Below are positions 61,178-64,000 of a DNA stretch of 64,000 bases, in pieces. The stretch is from a virus. The stretch covers positions 1-64,000 of the IMG/VR virus record IMGVR_UViG_3300033153_002115; one strand, given 5' to 3'. Positions within the stretch are counted from its first letter, which is position 1, and every line of letters starts with the position of its first letter. Below the pieces are notes generated by a model, which was given only the letters and a program-made list of their open reading frames with translations, searched no databases and was not told the origin of the DNA. The translations under genes were made by a program, and so were the position numbers.

Positions 61178-61294
61178 TGATAAATAGAATATCTATACTC
61201 CTTTATCGGTGCGGCCAGTTCTCCGTACATCTCTACGACCTCCAAGCCTCTTGAATTAACACTATACATAACATTTAATTTTAATTAATACTAG

Positions 61295-61369
61295 TACTGC
61301 CAACGAGGCTCGAACTCGCATCTTCCAGGATGAAAACCTGACGTCCTACTCCATTTAGACTACAGCAGC
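61295..61369 (-). tRNA. tRNA-Glu(TTC)
   Basis: TCAGG-TTTTCAT-CCTGG. Confidence 0.88.
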
Positions 61370-61380
61370 ATATAATTTAG

Positions 61381-61452
61381 AACCCCTACCGAGAGTCGAA
61401 CTCAGGACTTGGGTTTAGAAGACCCACGCTTTTCCAGTTAAGCTATAAGGGT
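61381..61452 (-). tRNA. tRNA-Arg(TCT)
   Basis: TGGGT-CTTCTAA-ACCCA. Confidence 0.9.
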
Positions 61453-61457
61453 ACCTG

Positions 61458-61531
61458 TAGGGATGGCAGGAATTGAACCGACGCTCTCCCGGATATCAGC
61501 CGGGCACTTTAACCAACTAAGCTACACCCCC
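61458..61531 (-). tRNA. tRNA-Ile(GAT)
   Basis: CCCGG-CTGATAT-CCGGG. Confidence 0.85.
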
Positions 61532-61536
61532 ATATG

Positions 61537-61612
61537 TTGACCTGGGCGGATTCGAACCGACGACTTCTTCCTTGTAAGGGAAGCACTCTGAACCAGACTG
61601 AGTTACAGATCA
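61537..61612 (-). tRNA. tRNA-Val(TAC)
   Basis: CTTCC-CTTACAA-GGAAG. Confidence 0.9.
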
Positions 61613-61617
61613 ATTTG

Positions 61618-61691
61618 CGGACTGGTAAAGATTCGAACTTTACATACTTTCTGATATTCATCAGATTTTCTTTCCCGTTAATTTACAGCCC
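61618..61691 (-). ncRNA. tRNA-like RNA without a readable anticodon (pseudo-tRNA)
   Basis: Acceptor GGGCTG/CAGTCC and T arm intact; anticodon arm TCTGA-TGAATA-TCAGA has a 6-nt loop. Confidence 0.6.
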
Positions 61692-61698
61692 AATATAG

Positions 61699-61774
61699 CG
61701 GTCCCGGAGGGTATCGAACCCTCGTTTTTCTAGCGTGACAGGCTAGATCCCCGGCCATTGGGGCTCACGAAACC
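61699..61774 (-). tRNA. tRNA-Asp(GTC)
   Basis: CTAGC-CTGTCAC-GCTAG; G73. Confidence 0.88.
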
Positions 61775-61778
61775 ATTG

Positions 61779-61852
61779 TGGGCAATGCTGGATTTGAACC
61801 AACGACCTTCTCCTTATGAGGGAGCTGCTCTACCTGACTAAGCTAAAAGCCC
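61779..61852 (-). tRNA. tRNA(CAT), probably Ile2 (lysidine, reads ATA)
   Basis: CTCC-CTCATAA-GGAG; body resembles bacterial tRNA-Ile2 (GGTCG.TGGTTCAA.TCCAGC). Confidence 0.75.
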
Positions 61853-61857
61853 AAAAG

Positions 61858-61932
61858 TTGCGGGAGTGAGAATCGAACTCACGTTAATCTTGCTTATGAG
61901 ACAAGGCTGGAACCCCTCCAGACCACCCCGCA
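61858..61932 (-). tRNA. tRNA-Met(CAT)
   Basis: CTTGT-CTCATAA-GCAAG; lacks the three G-C anticodon-stem pairs of initiators. Confidence 0.8.
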
Positions 61933-61939
61933 ATATAAG

Positions 61940-62033
61940 ATCAGGTGTCGCACCTAAAGACTTACTTAAATCCAGCTCGGAACTGCAATCTATTTATCTT
62001 AGCGATACAAGGGAATCGAACCCTTCACCTAAT
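61940..62033 (-). ncRNA. permuted tRNA-like structured RNA
   Basis: Terminal stem ATTAGGTG/CACCTGAT enclosing a 5'-located T arm AAGGG-TTCGATT-CCCTT. Confidence 0.55.
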
Positions 62034-62034
62034 G

Positions 62035-62107
62035 AGCCTCCGACAGGAATCGAACCTGTTATCCTCTGATTACAAATCAGTAGCTTCGCCAGCAAAGCTT
62101 AAGAGGC
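62035..62107 (-). tRNA. tRNA-Thr(TGT)
   Basis: CTGA-TTTGTAA-TCAG. Confidence 0.88.
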
Positions 62108-62156
62108 ATAATTGGTCGGTGTTTTTATACAGGTACCAACCAAGAGCCTGTCTTCG

Positions 62157-62230
62157 AGCGAGTAGACGGGATCAAACCGACTCTAATCCTGGTTGGAAGC
62201 CAGGTGCACCATCATTTATGCGTTACTCGC
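62157..62230 (-). tRNA. tRNA-Gly(TCC)
   Basis: CCTGG-CTTCCAA-CCAGG; U73. Confidence 0.85.
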
Positions 62231-62235
62231 TTATG

Positions 62236-62307
62236 CGGAATGAGATGGATTCGAACCAACGTACATCTGCTTAACAGGCAGGCGCTAAGCCGCTTAGCTA
62301 TCATTCC
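62236..62307 (-). tRNA. tRNA-Asn(GTT)
   Basis: CTGC-CTGTTAA-GCAG; G73. Confidence 0.88.
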
Positions 62308-62311
62308 TTAG

Positions 62312-62383
62312 TGGAGCCGAAGTGAATCGAACACTCGTAACTCTGCTTGCAAGGCAAAGCTTCTAACCAACAAGACCAACCCC
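62312..62383 (-). tRNA. tRNA-Ala(TGC)
   Basis: TTTGC-CTTGCAA-GCAGA; G3.U70 identity pair present. Confidence 0.88.
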
Positions 62384-62385
62384 AT

Positions 62386-62461
62386 TGGGTGTATGATGAG
62401 ACTCGAACTCACTTCAACTGGAACCACAATCCAGCCCCTCGGCCACTTCGGGATCATACAC
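62386..62461 (-). tRNA. tRNA-His(GTG)
   Basis: CTGGA-TTGTGGT-TCCAG; G-1:C73; encoded CCA. Confidence 0.9.
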
Positions 62462-62463
62462 AG

Positions 62464-62537
62464 TAGGGTGAGTCAGATTCGAACTGACGGACCGGTGATT
62501 CCAAATCACCGTAGTATAGCCTCTGCAATACCACCCT
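62464..62537 (-). tRNA. tRNA-Pro(TGG)
   Basis: GGTGA-TTTGGAA-TCACC. Confidence 0.88.
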
Positions 62538-62541
62538 ATAT

Positions 62542-62579
62542 AAAACAAAAAAGACCTTCCTGTTTAGTCGGAAAGTCTT
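62542..62579 (-). terminator. attenuator terminator of tRNA array 1
   Basis: AAGACTTTCC-GACTAAACA-GGAAGGTCTT followed by TTTTGTTTT, ending 4 nt before tRNA-Pro. Confidence 0.85.
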
Positions 62580-62609
62580 ACTTGTGTTATTTTATATTAT
62601 ACGATAATA

Positions 62610-62687
62610 TCACATAGCAAGAGCCCTCCCACGAATTGTATCCGCCTTCGGCTGCTCGACTGTATGTATATTATTCATTGTTCTCAT
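62610..62687 (-). CDS. leader peptide 1, MRTMNNIHTVEQPKADTIRGRALAM
   Basis: ATG AGA ACA ATG AAT AAT ATA CAT ACA GTC GAG CAG CCG AAG GCG GAT ACA ATT CGT GGG AGG GCT CTT GCT ATG TGA; codons match the 16 downstream tRNAs. Confidence 0.87.
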   Translation of the reverse strand: MRTMNNIHTVEQPKADTIRGRALAM

Positions 62688-62691
62688 GTTG

Positions 62692-62699
62692 CAAATATA
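62692..62699 (-). promoter_or_regulatory. Bacteroidota -7 box (TATATTTG) 4 nt upstream of the leader 1 ATG
   Basis: TATATTTG-CAAC-ATG. Confidence 0.7.
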
Positions 62700-62785
62700 T
62701 ATAAAAGATTCGATTTTAAAGTCCTTTAGAATGAATTATTTTAAAATTTCTTACCTATGATACTGTTAGATTGATTCTCAAAGGG

Positions 62786-64000
62786 TTAGATATGCCCACC
62801 TGTAGACCATTTAGTATATAATGCCTGACTTGATGCTAATGAGAAATTTCCTGGTAAAGTAGTCGGCTGAATACTTAACCATAACTCATCTCCAAAATCA
62901 CCATCTCTTCTTGCTATCATTTCTGACACATCTAATAACGCTTGGAAAGTAATCTTTTCATCTAACACGGCAGCTTTACTTATAACTATACTATTTGAAT
63001 TGGTTATAGGAGCACCAGGTTCTGAATAAGTAATAGGATCACCATCTTTTAACCATCCCCAACGTACAGTCCATTCATAAGTTCCTGTAGAATTTGCATG
63101 CCCACTCCACATTAATTTAATAGGACTTGAAGTATCAAGATCAAAAGGCAGAAATCCACTAACACCTAATATATCACCTGTAGCTGTAAATTTGTTATTT
63201 GTTAATCCTGCTCCTATATCTTCACTTATATATAAAGTCTGACTCTGCATACTACCTTCAAAAGGTTTACCAGAAGCTAAGTTCAAACCTAATTGTGCTT
63301 CAGGTCTAGCTGTACCAAAGAACTCTATCCAACCATCACCATTTACCTCAAGTCTGTTTGAATGCACTTTCCATTGTTCGAATACAGGAGCTGTAGTAAT
63401 AGTTGCTGTAATTCTATATCGTATCCAATAATAATCTACACCTAATACAGGTGTTATAGGATCATTCTTGGCCCACCCATCATTTTGTAGTACACTATCA
63501 TATCTAATTTGAGTAGAGCCTACAGCCTGGAAAATGTTTTTAGCTTTTGGGTAATACTTTCCACCAGAATCTGCTTCCATTACATTAAGTTCAACCCAAA
63601 CACTTCCATTCCAGTATTCTGTAACAATATTTCCTGTACCAAAAACTGCAGCTAAAGTAACTTTTGTTTTAATACCATAATGATGTAGAACATCTACAGT
63701 ATCAGCACGCATACTTGCTATATATATAGCAGAATCGGCGTCTAAATTAGGGAACGTAAAAGTAGATCCACTAGCAGATTTAGCCGCAGCAGAAACATCC
63801 ACAAAAGAAGCACCATCATAAGTATACACTACCATACCGGCAGTATAACTATCTCCTTCACCAAACACACTTTCTGCTGGTATCCCTGGACTTCCTACGT
63901 GTAACTCGCCAAGAATATTTAACCCTTCATCATCTTCACTTACATCCAGTATATAAACATAAAAACCAGCTCCAGGTATGACGTAGCTGTTATTGATCTC
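62786..64000 (-). CDS. 5'-truncated beta-rich protein (fibre/structural-like)
   Basis: The frame of ORF 62786..63868 stays open to the window end; EYWNGSVWVEL and YYWIRYRI motifs. Confidence 0.6.
   Translation of the reverse strand, partial: EINNSYVIPGAGFYVYILDVSEDDEGLNILGELHVGSPGIPAESVFGEGDSYTAGMVVYTYDGASFVDVSAAAKSASGSTFTFPNLDADSAIYIASMRADTVDVLHHYGIKTKVTLAAVFGTGNIVTEYWNGSVWVELNVMEADSGGKYYPKAKNIFQAVGSTQIRYDSVLQNDGWAKNDPITPVLGVDYYWIRYRITATITTAPVFEQWKVHSNRLEVNGDGWIEFFGTARPEAQLGLNLASGKPFEGSMQSQTLYISEDIGAGLTNNKFTATGDILGVSGFLPFDLDTSSPIKLMWSGHANSTGTYEWTVRWGWLKDGDPITYSEPGAPITNSNSIVISKAAVLDEKITFQALLDVSEMIARRDGDFGDELWLSIQPTTLPGNFSLASSQALYTKWSTGGHI

Noticed and set aside
60209-62617. + strand ORFs over the tRNA region (60209, 60399, 61866, 61945, 62393)
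   Set aside because: They are antisense shadows of - strand tRNA genes.
1-64000. CRISPR array, diversity-generating retroelement, integrase/transposase, introns or inteins
   Set aside because: No regularly spaced repeats, RT motif, recombinase motif or splicing signature was seen by eye; small elements could have been missed.

Overview
A 64-kb, AT-rich segment of a crAss-like (Crassvirales-type) phage with a probable Bacteroidota host, inferred from TAnnTTTG promoter boxes, a BACON domain and gene order. The + strand carries small accessory and lysis genes, then terminase, portal, scaffold, major capsid, ring and fibre proteins, muzzle, cargo proteins and a giant virion RNA polymerase (DFDxD). 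A convergent - strand region (60008-62537) holds 24 tRNA genes covering all 20 amino acids, split into two arrays. Main finding: each array is preceded by a short leader ORF, absent from the ORF track, whose codons match the tRNAs downstream. Leader 1 (MRTMNNIHTVEQPKADTIRGRALAM) precedes the 16-tRNA array and leader 2 (MKTTCYLFSFWSLLTSVRD) precedes the 8-tRNA array. Each leader is followed by mutually exclusive antiterminator and terminator hairpins. This looks like a ribosome-stalling attenuation system that senses loss of any tRNA species and switches on the phage's replacement tRNAs. Also notable: two in-frame TGA codons inside the muzzle gene, and several tRNA-like or structured RNAs in the arrays. 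All calls were made by eye without database searches; RNA boundaries may be off by 1-2 nt.
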